A stretch of DNA of 64,000 nt from Ruditapes philippinarum (lineage: Eukaryota). Position 1 is the stretch's first letter. Each line of letters begins with the position of its first letter. Location of the stretch: the NCBI RefSeq assembly GCF_026571515.1, contig NW_026865709.1:62001-126000 (forward strand). Reading direction: 5' to 3'. Under the pieces are notes generated by a model. That model ran no database searches and was not told where the DNA came from. It saw only the letters and a program-made list of their open reading frames with translations. The translations under genes were made by a program, and so were the position numbers. Below are positions 27,401-39,800 of the stretch, piece after piece.

Positions 27401-30400
27401 AAATAATCGAGCACACATTATAACAGTTTGCACACATATTATAACCCCAGAAACTGTTTGAGCATATATTATAAACCTAGTAACAGTTTGAGCACATATT
27501 ATATATCCAGTAACAGTTTGGGCGCATATTATAACCCCAGTAACTGTTTGAGCATATATTACAAACCTAGTTAACAGTTTGAGCACATATTATGACCCAG
27601 TAACTGTTTGAGCATATATTATAAACCTAGTAACAGTTTGAGCACATATTATAAACCCAGTAACAGTTTGAGCACATATTATAAACCCAGTAACAGTTCG
27701 AACACAAAGTATAACCCAGTAACTGCTTTGAGCATATATTATAAACCTAGTAACAGTTTGAGCACATATTATAAACCCAGTAACAGTTCGAACACATATT
27801 ATAACACCAGGTAACTGTGTGAGCATATATTATAAACCTATAACAGTTTGAGCACATAGTATAGCCCTAGTAACTGTTTGAGCATATATTATAAACCTAG
27901 TAACAGTTTGAGCACAATATATTATAATCCAGTAACAGTTTGAGCACATATTATACACCCAGTAACAGTTCGAACACATAGTATAACCCCAGTAAACTGT
28001 TTGAGCATATTTTTATAAACCTAGTAACAGTTTTGAGCACATATTATATATCCAGTAACAGTTTGGGCGCATATTTATAACCCCAGTAACTGTTTGAGCA
28101 TATATTAACAAACCTAGTAACAGTTAACACGAGCAATATTGCACGCGTAATGCCTGTGTGAGGTTGTAAATACCTATTTTCCGTATTTACTTGAATAAAA
28201 CCATTACAATCGTATTACAGCAATATTAGATATTTGTAAGACAATGTGGTCATTTCGATTAAACGGTAAAATTATCTTAAACGTTACGACTGAAAATTCG
28301 AAAACTAATCCGTTTAAACGTATGTACCTGTAGGCCCTATTCCACAACAATAAATTATACGTTGGTGTATAAATATTTTGAGCTATCTGTAATACTGCTA
28401 ATTTACCTGTTTGTATGACAGTTCGAACGCACATTGTAATTGCTGCATCTGTTCCTGTTCTTTGAATTGGCAGAATGTCATGCTATCCTACGTTTAAATT
28501 GAAACGGTCTATTACAATCTTTACCACATTATTTTCTTTTTCGGCAATCGAATATAAAATAAAAATTATCGGCACTCTACAAATCACTCCAATCACTTTT
28601 CTATTTTCATTGATAACAAACACGTTATCCTTATTACATCTCGTGTACATTAGAAGTAATATACTTTTGTTCATTAATAACAATAAACTTGTGTTGGTAA
28701 AACCCCTAACAGAGCAATAAGTCAATATATTATAAAAGCATGTGTAGGTAATTAATTAACGTTCTTCATACTGAATTTAATATATCCATAGAACTTTTGT
28801 TTATAATTAAAAAAAACACACATCAATCATTGTTCTATGTTTCGGTAAATATTTTTAACGTTTATATCTTAAATATCATAAAATAACAATATAGCATACC
28901 TGAAGTATATATAAAAGGATGTCTATTGTTTTTGTCTCTGAATGACAATATTTATATATGCATTCAAACGCATCTGTCCATTGATTATCATAAAGCTCTG
29001 TAAATCTTTCGGCGAGTTTTGTTGGCCGATTTCTATCACTCAAATCGGCAATATTTGGATTGTTGTCTGTCAGCCGTACCCCCATTGCTTTACTTAGCCT
29101 TTACCCCATGAATAAATAAATGAAATGGTTATATACTTAATATTAACATAGAGTAAACCATATATTTTAATATAAATAAAGTCGACATAATATTAAAAGT
29201 AAATTACATATACAATATGGTTGTTGTGTTTACCTGGTTTTTGTTTCTTCTAGTTCAATCTCTGTATCATGAAGTTTTGAAAGTGTGTGCTGTAACACCT
29301 CATTTAATCTACACATTTCTTTGTTTACTTTATGCCTTTGGACGGTATATATATTTCTAGTCGATTTTGTCCCGTTTAACTTTTCGGTTAACTCTTGTAT
29401 TGTCCGCCCACGTTGAAATAAATTTTTCTCAGTATGTTTCAATTTCTTTTCTAGTGAAAAAATTATTTCATTACTTTCTTTTTCAAAATCTTTCAATCGT
29501 TTAGCGTCGGCTCTTATTTGAAGTCTCAGTTCACTCAGCATTTCGTCGGACTTGCTTAATTCGTTGTTACTGATAGGATGTTTCCGATTATAGCAATACT
29601 CTTGTGATACATTTTTAAATTTGTCCCTTTCTTTTCGCAAACGATTGTTTTCTATATTGCTTTGTTCCAAACGCTTTTTAAGCAGGGTATTTTCGTGTTC
29701 TAGTTTACTTAATTGTTGTTTAATATGTTCAACCTGTTATAGAGACCAAAATAAATTTTATTGATACATTTTATGTGGCTTTTTTATGTTTTATATTTTA
29801 CTAGAATAGCTTGATAACAACACACAAAGAAGTTAAAGTTATTAATGTTTCTTTAAAAGGAAATTATAATAAATTTATTAAAATATGTAAACATATCTTG
29901 CAATTTTACAAACCTGGGTACTTAAAGATTTTCGAACTTAATACAAAATGAATTTAATTGAGGAAAAAAAATGCATATTAAGGAAATAAGTTAAATTGTC
30001 ATAAAGTCGAATCGTCATAAAGTCAAATTGTGATTAAGTCAGATCGTCATAAAGTCGAATCGTCATAAAAAGTCAAATAGTCATAATATCAGTTCGTGAT
30101 AAAGTTAAATCGTCATAAAGTCGAATCGTGGTAAAGTCAAATCGTGATTAAGTCAGATCGGTTTAACCCTGTGCTTCTTGCTTTATCCATTTTTAACGTA
30201 ATTTACATTTATATAGATCTTATGTAATCTAAGAAAATTATTTATTACTGAGAACGCACGTATACTATTTATGATTTTCAAAACTTCAATTTCACAAAAT
30301 TGACCATGATGTAAAGAGACTGTTGAAAGATGCTTACACGATACTTTTCATTTTGACATTGTTCACGCACTTTGTTTGAAAGTACATCTATATGTTTGAA

Positions 30401-30469
30401 ACATCTACTTAATTCACTTTCTTCTTTAATATCAATAAGACAACAATTAAAATGATAACTCAAAAACAT
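24462..30469 (-). CDS. Coiled-coil protein with C-terminal Mieap (SPATA18-like) domain, 'gene 1', about 519 aa
   Basis: Exons 30469-30338, 29733-29234, 29098-28900, 28487-28407, 25528-25439, 25199-25095 and 24914-24462; GT-AG, in frame (1560 nt). Motifs RLTDNNPNIADLSDRNRPTKLAERFTELYDNQWTDAFE, ECIELCWLMAIQDPP and FDTNLLKPYTTSGTFVDYIVWPALLLYKNGPVLVKGVAQ are as I recall them from invertebrate Mieap-domain proteins. Start codon uncertain. Confidence 0.85.
25735..28125. repeat. Minisatellite, 30-bp unit, about 80 copies, filling intron 4 of gene 1
   Basis: Unit GCACATATTATAAACCCAGTAACAGTTCGA in tandem with sub-blocks of variants. Confidence 0.97.
29990..30160. repeat. Minisatellite, 16-bp unit, about 10 copies
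   Basis: GTCATAAAGTCGAATC and variants in tandem in the first coding intron of gene 1. Confidence 0.85.
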
Positions 30470-33400
30470 GGTTAAATCCCGTTCAATTCCATTTTCAGCT
30501 TCAATCACTCATCATCGATTATATTTACCTGAAAAAGAGGAATTTTTAATTATTTTCTATAGCCTCTATGAAACAAAGTACTGTGAGTATGTGAAGATTG
30601 TATATTTATATTGATGAAAGTCAACAATTAAATGATTAAAATTGACCTTATATTGACACATTTAATTTCATTATAGGTTTCCCGGCATGTGTTTTTTTTT
30701 TCTAAAGCATTTGTGTAATAAACAGCATATCGTCTGTGTCAGGTAATGTCGTCTATTTATGTCTTTCTTCTATTATTTCGTGCACCTTTGTAATAAGTAT
30801 TACTGATAAATTGAAGCGAAAAGCTTCAGTTACTGCTTCTTCCTTCTTTCTATTTTGAAATAAATAAATCATATGTATTATTGCAACTTTGTAACTTGTC
30901 AAATAAATATAATGATTAAAGCACGGTTGTTTTTGATTTGCAAACATATTGAAAAAAGTTTTACTTACAAAACTATGTTATGCCTCGCGTTGTTTTGTTT
31001 ATTTAAACTACACAAAACTGTCCTGTATTTATGTTTGTTTATCAAGATATCATATTTACCGTTTTGCAACTCTATATACACACTGTGGTTCACGATTGAG
31101 TGAAAATGAAAACAATTAGAGGCATAGTTCGGACGCAAACTATGATCACAGTTGTTCGGCTAAACAATGCAAAAACTTAAAACCATTAGACGAATCACGA
31201 ATTTACTCTAGTTCAACCCTGCGTGTATCACTTTAACCCATAAACTTAGGCGAGCTCTACGCGCCCGTATTCATGCCTATTAACTGATTATTAACTGTCT
31301 AATATTTGAACTATCAAGAAATTAACTTATGAAAACATTTTATTGACTTGAAAGCGTCAAATATACATATTCATATTGAATATATGGTTTAAAAAAATAT
31401 AAAATAACATCTCACAAACAACTTAAATTCATAAGAGTATAGAAACATTAAGTTTTTGACAGATAAGATGTTAGATGTGCCATATTACGTTATATTCTAC
31501 AGTAGACTATTCGGTTTCTCGAATTTCTTAGGAATTTTACTTCGAGATAAGCGGAATTCGAGTAACTCGGTCCTTCTGCCCTGATATGATCATTCCTTGA
31601 GGTTAATACTTAACTGAATGTCTGAACCTTTACGTCTATTAATGATATCGGGTGTGCTGCATGTGAATCATTTATTAATACTTTATAAAATTATGATCAG
31701 CACTAACATCTAGCAAATGTTCATATCAAGCAGGCACGATAAGTATCGATCGAAAACGCACTCAATCGCATAAATAAAGAAATAAAACAATATCTTACTA
31801 TCTTACAAACCTAGAAAAAAATATAATTTAACCATTGGATGAAAACGGATATAGTCATTCTCGTGAACCGGAAGTAAACAGTAATGCACATTATTATATT
31901 GCATGATGACTTTGATACCATGTCGGCATTTTTGTTTTATTAATAGTTACTACAACATTTGAAAAGAAAAACGTGTTTGTTTAAAAGTTTGATTGTCGAA
32001 ATAAAAAATTTCTTTCATCAGTAATCCCAGTAAGTCAACATTTGACGTAAAGTGAGTTACAATAATCATTTAGATTAAGGAGGAATTTTGACGTGTTTTG
32101 CGTTAAGCGAATTATTGTTATTGAGAGTCAGTGAAAAGAAAATAATGATGAATTTCGATTTTATACTAATTAAAAATTTATCATGTCTATAGTTGGTACA
32201 TGAATTAGAATTCCACAGTTAGTCGGTGTTTTTTCCACGATACGTTGTTTGTGTTTTCACTGTGGTTAATGGATTGAAACAAGTATGAAAATATATTGAT
32301 GTAAAATATTGCTCCGTGTTTTATAAATATTTTAAGGGAACCGATTTAAACCTGTTTATCAAGAATATCTAAATGTATTGAAATACTGAAATCTTGAAAA
32401 TAAGATAATTGTTATTGCGACATTAACATTTTAATCATCGATACCACAAAATAGGGATATTTTGTAATTAAGATAATCGTCTCTATTTTACTTTGATCAG
32501 ATCATTTACATTATAAAATTTTAGCTATTTACTGAATGTAAACTTCACGAAGCGACATATAAACTAAGCGATATAATTAGTATAGTCTAGGGGAGACAAT
32601 CCTTTTTAAAACAATAAATAAGTTCGTTCCCGCAACGGACATCCTTCGTTCATTCTCGATAGTAGAGACAGATAACACAAAAGATGATAACAGATGTTAT
32701 TTCGAATAAAAAGAAGTTAGTATTTGAATAAAAAGAAAAATGCTACAGACCTTCTCTTGCTTAGTTATCAAAATATTTTGAATTATACTGAGATTTTCTG
32801 CATCAGGAAACGATAAAGAGGAAAGCAATTGCTGTTGTTTCATCGGACACTTTCATTACACTTTTCTTAAAGCGTGTTATTTATCGTTTATTTCTTTTGT
32901 TGTTGTTTTTTTTGCGTGCCGAAGTCAATGTTTAACATTGCTAATAATAACATAATGTCCCTTAATCATGTTTTTATTGAATGTTGGATTTAAAATCAAA
33001 CTGGGTCGTCAGTAACAACCGTCCTCTTTAATGAGAAACGGACAATGTTTCGACGCGTAAATATCCTTAAACTTTTACCAACGGACAACGTTTGTGTAGA
33101 AAAAATAACGAATGGGAATTGAAAGGCATTATTTGTCCAAACTTCTGTCTGTCAGTCTATCCGGTCATCTGTGTGTTATATGTAACTTAACGGTTGAATT
33201 ATTCATGTAACATTTAATGATTTCTTTATACACTTAAATCTGTAAATAAGTTTGTAAGATTTCAACATTAATTGTGTTATTATTGCCCTTTTGATGAACA
33301 AGAAATATTTTTTCTAAAATATGGTTTATACCAATTTTTACATAGTTGTATTCGATAGGCCTTAAAATGGAAATATTAAAGTTTATAAATTAAAATAATG

Positions 33401-34194
33401 TAACTAAATACATAACAGTCGTACTGTATGAATAAAATGCTTTGTACAAACGATAAAGTAAGGCTTCAGTAAAAGAAATAATAATAAAAATGAAAAAAAA
33501 TGAAAACTAGCTCATACATATAACTTGATAAGGTATGTTTACAGGTAAATGGTCATATAAACACAAAAAGGTCATTAAATAATTGTTTAAACCATGGCTT
33601 TAGTTAGGCCGTGGTCAAAAATAGTGGTGGCACGAACATTATTGGGTGTCTTTTTTTAGCTATACACCGTGAAATATTACTTTGATAACTTAGAAATGAC
33701 CATTACGTCAGCATGACTTCAAGCTTAAATATTTCATGAAAACAAATCTTGAGAAAAGGTACTAAGAAATGTAAAAAGACTTAAGATTCAGGTTATAATT
33801 AATAATCAAGTTATGTGCGATTAATGACTGATTTTTGCAATATTTATCTCTATATTTCTACAGCAGTAACGGCTATTTTGTTTATTTTGACCCTTTTTGT
33901 ACTTTACGTGAAATATAAGCATTGTTTGCAATATGGAAATAATATATTTGTTCGCTTCACTATATTTTTCGGTTAAATACATTTATAAAATTTTCATGCA
34001 AATAAGCATGAATCAAGAGGTGTGCTGCTTTAATTTAAAAGAATATTAATTTCATATTAATAACATTCACAGTTACCTTATTTAAAATTTTCGAGACAAT
34101 GCATATCCTGTCTGTTGTTATATGTATAGATTTCTTTATCTTTTCTAAGTTTTATCAATCTTTAAAAGTATTTCATTTTTTTTTATTTTTCTAA

Positions 34195-35283
34195 AGCTCC
34201 ACTGTCCCGGTAATGGCCACAGTATCGCTACGGTGTCTTTAACCGGTGAACCGTGGTGTTCCGTGGTGAAAAATCAAATTGCGTTTACATATCCCGACAG
34301 AGCCCAGATGTATGCCCGGTTGAGTACACGATATAGCACCGTACATATACCGTTAGGGCCGATGCTAACCCGGTGTATTCTCGGTTAATCCCGGTGGAGA
34401 CCCGACTAGACACGGTTTCATCACAGTCCAACCCGGCCATCGCCGATTTCACCACAATTAAGCTACGGGTGATGCCGGTACGGTCCCGGTGACGCCCCGG
34501 TAATTCGCCGATGCTTCCCGATTCAAGTTTATGAGAATAAAACTGCTTGGCCACGTTGACATCAATCATTTGATAAAAATACAGCAGATATGCCACCCAA
34601 AGGATAGGGGGAAAAGTTGGGAAACTGAGCTTACAATACAACGCCTACAGAAGTTGAGATACCTTTGGAAACGACTCAGGGAAGGACAGTAAGGAAAGCT
34701 CGCCTCAGAATAAATTGAAGAGAATGACCCTTCTTCGTCTTCGTTTAACAGAATGATCCAAAGAAGCGCTTCAAGTGTATATATACCTGTTCTTTAAATT
34801 GCCTGTTATCGGCACGAGGCCGTGACACCACCGTCTATCACCGTTGTATAACCGTGAATTGCCGGCAATATCCGGGACATTACCAATAACCGCAATGTAC
34901 CCTGGCTCTACCGTAGCTCTACCTGTTTTATCTTGGCAACATCGTGTCATCACCGGGGCTCTGCCGTGTTTTGACATTGATTAACACGCATCCCGGTTTA
35001 CTACGGTTTGTCATGGTACGGATGCGGTATAGATACGGTGGTTCCTGGTACCAAACCGATACAACACTGTTCTGTGTTTCCTCCCCGGTGAGTGCCGGTG
35101 AGCCCCGGTTGTTTCCAACATTTTAATACAACCGTGGCGATCTCCCGGTTTGTCCCGGTTAACCAAGGTTTGTCCCGGTACTTCACGGAATCGCTACGGT
35201 CCTACGCCGGTTAAGCACGGTGATACCGGTGGACTAAACCGTGGCAAACCGGGACGCCAAACCAGGACAGTGTAAATGGGGCT
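34195..35283. mobile_element. PIF/Harbinger-like non-autonomous element
   Basis: Right end CAGGACAGTGTAAATGGGGCT and left end AGCTCCACTGTCCCGG (small deletion in the left TIR); TAA on both flanks; CCGG/CCGT-rich subterminal regions; GC-rich relative to flanks. Confidence 0.7.
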
Positions 35284-36806
35284 TAAATAGGGGGCATCGG
35301 ATTTCTTATCTAGGGGATCCTTGGGCGAGGGAACATTTCAACATGACCATTGATCTCGGAAATATAATCTAATGATAAATTACAAATAAATTTTGGAAAC
35401 TATTTATCTTTTCTCAACGTTGATCGTCTCCCCTGAATACAATATGTTAAACCTATCGTGTTTCAATGAATATGATATCTTCGGGAGACAAATACTGTAA
35501 ACAATATTTTTAATTTAGTAAAAACCACATTGATTTACCTAGGTAGTAAATGTAAATTATCGTGTGTGTTTCAAAATGGACTAAGAACGACATAAAATTA
35601 CAATAATAACTAATGTCTGAACCAATAAATATAATTGGTATTGAATAGTCCCATGCGTTATTGATTGATGAGATGATGACAAAAACTTCATTTATCTTCG
35701 TTTTCCTTTACATTGTTTGCGTAGGGTAAAATATTTCAAGTGTTTCATTAAAGTCATGCTTATGCCAGACGTAACAATTAAAATTGTATTTCAGTTTTAT
35801 AAGATTTTCAGTGTAACGAAACTCCACAAAAACGAATTATTAATTATAAACTTCTATTTTCAATTAAGTTTAATTCTGACTATAGTTTTGAAAACAAGAC
35901 ATGACAAAAAGATGCAAATAAATCAAATAAAATGATTTTATACGTTACTATCAACCTATAATATAAGTATATAACAATGTAAGTTGTTGTTGTTTCTTCT
36001 GTGCACATCCTTGTAGAAAAGCCCGTATTATAATGCAAATGGGTTTGTTGTTTGTTTAGTCTTTTCACAGAGAATGTGTTATAACACAATAATATTGCAT
36101 CTGCGTTAACACTATATGATACCAGTATTATGTTGCTTATAGCATAGCAAATACTAGAGTGTAGCGAGATTTTTTATTTGATTTTTGAGATATTTATTTC
36201 AAAAAATTGTGAGTAAAACAAAAAAGACAAAACAGATAACGAAAATATTGAAAATCCTTCAAAACATGCAATTAATTAGCTTTTTTTTTCACATATAAAT
36301 ACATTAATTTAAGGTCAAAATATTGGCTTGTCAATTTTTTTCAATCAACAATTAATATTTGATTACAGTGTTGTGTTGTATGCTTCATATCGATAAATAA
36401 GCTCTTAAGGACCTGAAAAAGTAATTAATTGCTTTAATTCCATTTCTCAAATCTTTTTATTGTTGTTCTGTTACAGTTTCCAAAACGGTTTTTACTGGTT
36501 ATATCCATCGTTTGCCTTTTTGACATTTAGTAAAGTTATAGATATTACATACTTTGTTTGAAGAGTGGGTGCATTTTGTTGATGGCTGCTACATTTATGA
36601 CAAATAATTTGACTTTCAACACTTCTTTTTCAAATGAAATGCTCTAAATCAATCATATTATAATATTATAAAACAGAAATTTGCCATTTCTTCAAAAGTA
36701 AGATAGTAAAGGCTTAATTTGCCCCAAACCCTTTAATATCTTTGTTATTAATAAGACGTAAAGTTAATGGACACATTAGCCTCTATATCTTAATAGATAC
36801 ATTATA

Positions 36807-39800
36807 TTACCATCCGTAAAAGTTTTGTGTATGATCCTTTCGTAAACATCTTAAATATGCTGCGTTACCGAGGACATCTCTAGCACCAGTATGATCATGG
36901 TGGTCAATATAGCGATAATAAAGTCTCATCTCTTCTGGAGTAGGATCTCTCTCATATCCACATGATGGCGTCCAAACATTTGTTGTTCCTCTTCTTGTTG
37001 TTGCTTTTGTTTTAATAACTGCCATTGGATATGCAGTCTTCGTCTCTTCAGTGATGTTAAACGCATGCAAAGGTTGTGTCTTCATTCTGTCCTTCGAGAT
37101 ATAATAGTGTCTGTCGCTGATGTCTAATTGTTCTTGAATATAAGGATTTTTACTCCTGATGATCTCTTTATGTGACAGAGTATCCCTGTTTTCATCATCT
37201 AAATCATATTTCCTGTCATATTCTATATCAGATTTACCAGCCTGGTATGTTATTGTATCTTTTACGCTAACTCTAACTCTATTTGAGCTGTCTGCTATTT
37301 TGGTTTCTGTACTTAAACTTCTCTTTTCGAGGTTAAGTTCCTTTTGTAAGACGTCGTCATCTCTTTCATATAATACAGATGTATCGGACAATCTCCAGTT
37401 ATCTGTTCTTCTCGGATGCTCTTTTTTGTCTAAAAGGAAATCATTTCTTTCTCTCAGATATGAATCGTTCGGGTTGAGCAAAGACCTTTCGTTGGGTTGA
37501 TCTCTCAACGGGATGTTGTTATTTGTGTATTGATCGAATCGTTCTACTTTATCTCTTCCATGTGAGCCAGATGTATTTTTTCCAGACATTTGATAAGAAC
37601 TATCCCGATCGGTCGGTTCAATGTCGGTATTAACATGTTGCTCTATGTCAATCTCCGTGTTGAATCTCAGACTTTCCGGTTGTCTGCTCACACATTTATC
37701 ATCCGCTTCAGCAACGCCCTTTGCAAAAATTGAGCCATTTGAGGTATATTGCAAAGCAGGCCATACCACATACTTTATATATGGTCCAGAATTGTTATAA
37801 GGGTTGTAAATGTCTAAATCGAATTCATCTCCATCCTGTGTTAAAGGCCTGAATTCTAACGGATCATCTTGGATCTAAAAATGTTTTAAATAATTTACTT
37901 TTTGAATATTTTAACCATGTTAAACACGTTAAAAGGCGAGCAACTTAATGGTTTTATTACTATTTTAATCAAATACAATATACTTAAAATTATATTGTGG
38001 ATTATATAAGAAATATGATAGCGTGTGAATATTAAACATAGTATTAGACTTAAAGATAGATTATTTTTGATTAATTATAGTGATTGATTTGACATAGTTT
38101 ACATCAATCATTTAATAATTTGTTAATTGTGGGTTTCTCATGACCTCATCATTAAAAACATTTCTCTGATAAATATTTGATCAGTGAAGATTATTTCTTT
38201 GTAATAGCATTGTATTTTTGAACACTTACAGCAAGAAGCCAGCAAAACTCAAAGCATTCTTTTATAAATGGTTCAATTTTGACATCATAATCAGCTGGGT
38301 GTCTTGGTTTCTTCCGGAAACTTGCCGGATACAGCTGAAATGAAATAATAACGTAAAGTTATCTGTGTGTATTACCTCCTTTTACACATCACTTTCTACA
38401 ATCGAATATTTTAAAAAATGGAATGTAAATGTTTATTCCTTTCATCTGTTACAAATTTATGAAAATGTTTAAAATCATATTTACCTCAAATAGATGTGTA
38501 TCTGCTTCTGGTGATACTTCTCTCATGCAGTATTTCAAATGTTTGGTAACATTTCCTGAGATATCTCCGTCTTTCTAGCAATAAGTGTATGCAATGAAAA
38601 TTAGTTAATTAATTGTCTATCGACCAGGACACATGATATATATTCTTAACCAAAAATTATACCTTTCGCTAAATCTGATGTAAGATATTTTTCACGATTT
38701 AATACATTTGTCTGAAATTTCAGGGTTTTTTTCTGTAAACGAACGTCAACTGAATCTGTCCAGTTCGACATATTGGACAGAAAATATCAGTTTGATTGTT
38801 TGATTTGAATAAGAATAAGAATGATTCCAAACATGATAATCTGACAATAATCGGTAGCATGACCGCCTTGTGGAATGCTTACTGTCGCATTGAGAGAACA
38901 TGCTTATCAATGTCAGTCTGTTTGATGATTTTCCATTCTTCATCTTCATCTTAACACAATGCAAACCTTGACTTATCAGTAAAAAGAATGTTTTGTCAAT
39001 GCTATGTGTTCAAGAGCCCGCTACTTTTTTGTAAATCGTCAACAAGTCTCCAGCATGTCTGTGGCCCTTTAGCGTAAATTGTCCGAAATTCTTGGCATTG
39101 GAATTTCTGATTTCTTAATATATTTGATTATCTTACAATAGGTTTACGACTATATCAATAAAATGGTATATACACCTATCTACCACGTGGACCGGATGTG
39201 CCCTTTTCTTCGGTTTTCAAAATTACTACATGTGCATATGTGTTTACATCATAAAGGTAACATTTTGTACGAGCTATACGGAAGTTTCTTTTTTTTCTTT
39301 AGTATATAACCATAATCACAAGCATACTCATGTTTCTTGAGGCATACTTTTAAACATTTTTGCCATCTCTAACCCTTTAAAATTTTGTTTATAAAATATT
39401 TTCTTGAACATATTACTTTGCATATATGTATGCTTCATTGAATAAAAACACGGTTACCTATAATTTTATAAAGAAGATTTTTAAAAAACAATGTAAACTT
39501 ACATGTTCAGAAGAAAATGTCAAGATCTTGAAAATATCTTTTATTTGGTCATTTGCGTTCCTCTTGCAGAAGTCCATTATATCCTGGCAATTGATAAAGC
39601 AGAAAAAAGCAGTATGTAAGTTTATATGTGAATCGATCAGATGACAATGGTAATATACCCGAAGATTCCAATACAATGGCGAAGCTTTGTCGTCACATAC
39701 ATTGTAATATCTATTATGTAAATGTTTAACATTTCTTTTTAATAACATACCCTTTTCGTTTTAATGAAAAAACTGTACCAATACATAACTATTACTAACG

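Noticed and set aside
25939-27826. Many Cys/Tyr- or Ser/Thr-rich ORFs on both strands
   Set aside because: They are translations of the 30-bp satellite inside an intron of gene 1, whose flanking exons join in frame without it.
34285-35186. GC-rich ORFs suggesting a gene or horizontal transfer
   Set aside because: They lie within a Harbinger-like element bounded by TIRs and TAA; short, on both strands, no recognisable domain.
37159-37500. Plus-strand 113-aa ORF (likewise 55148-55480, 57192-57422, 62344-62529)
   Set aside because: Antisense shadows of real minus-strand exons.
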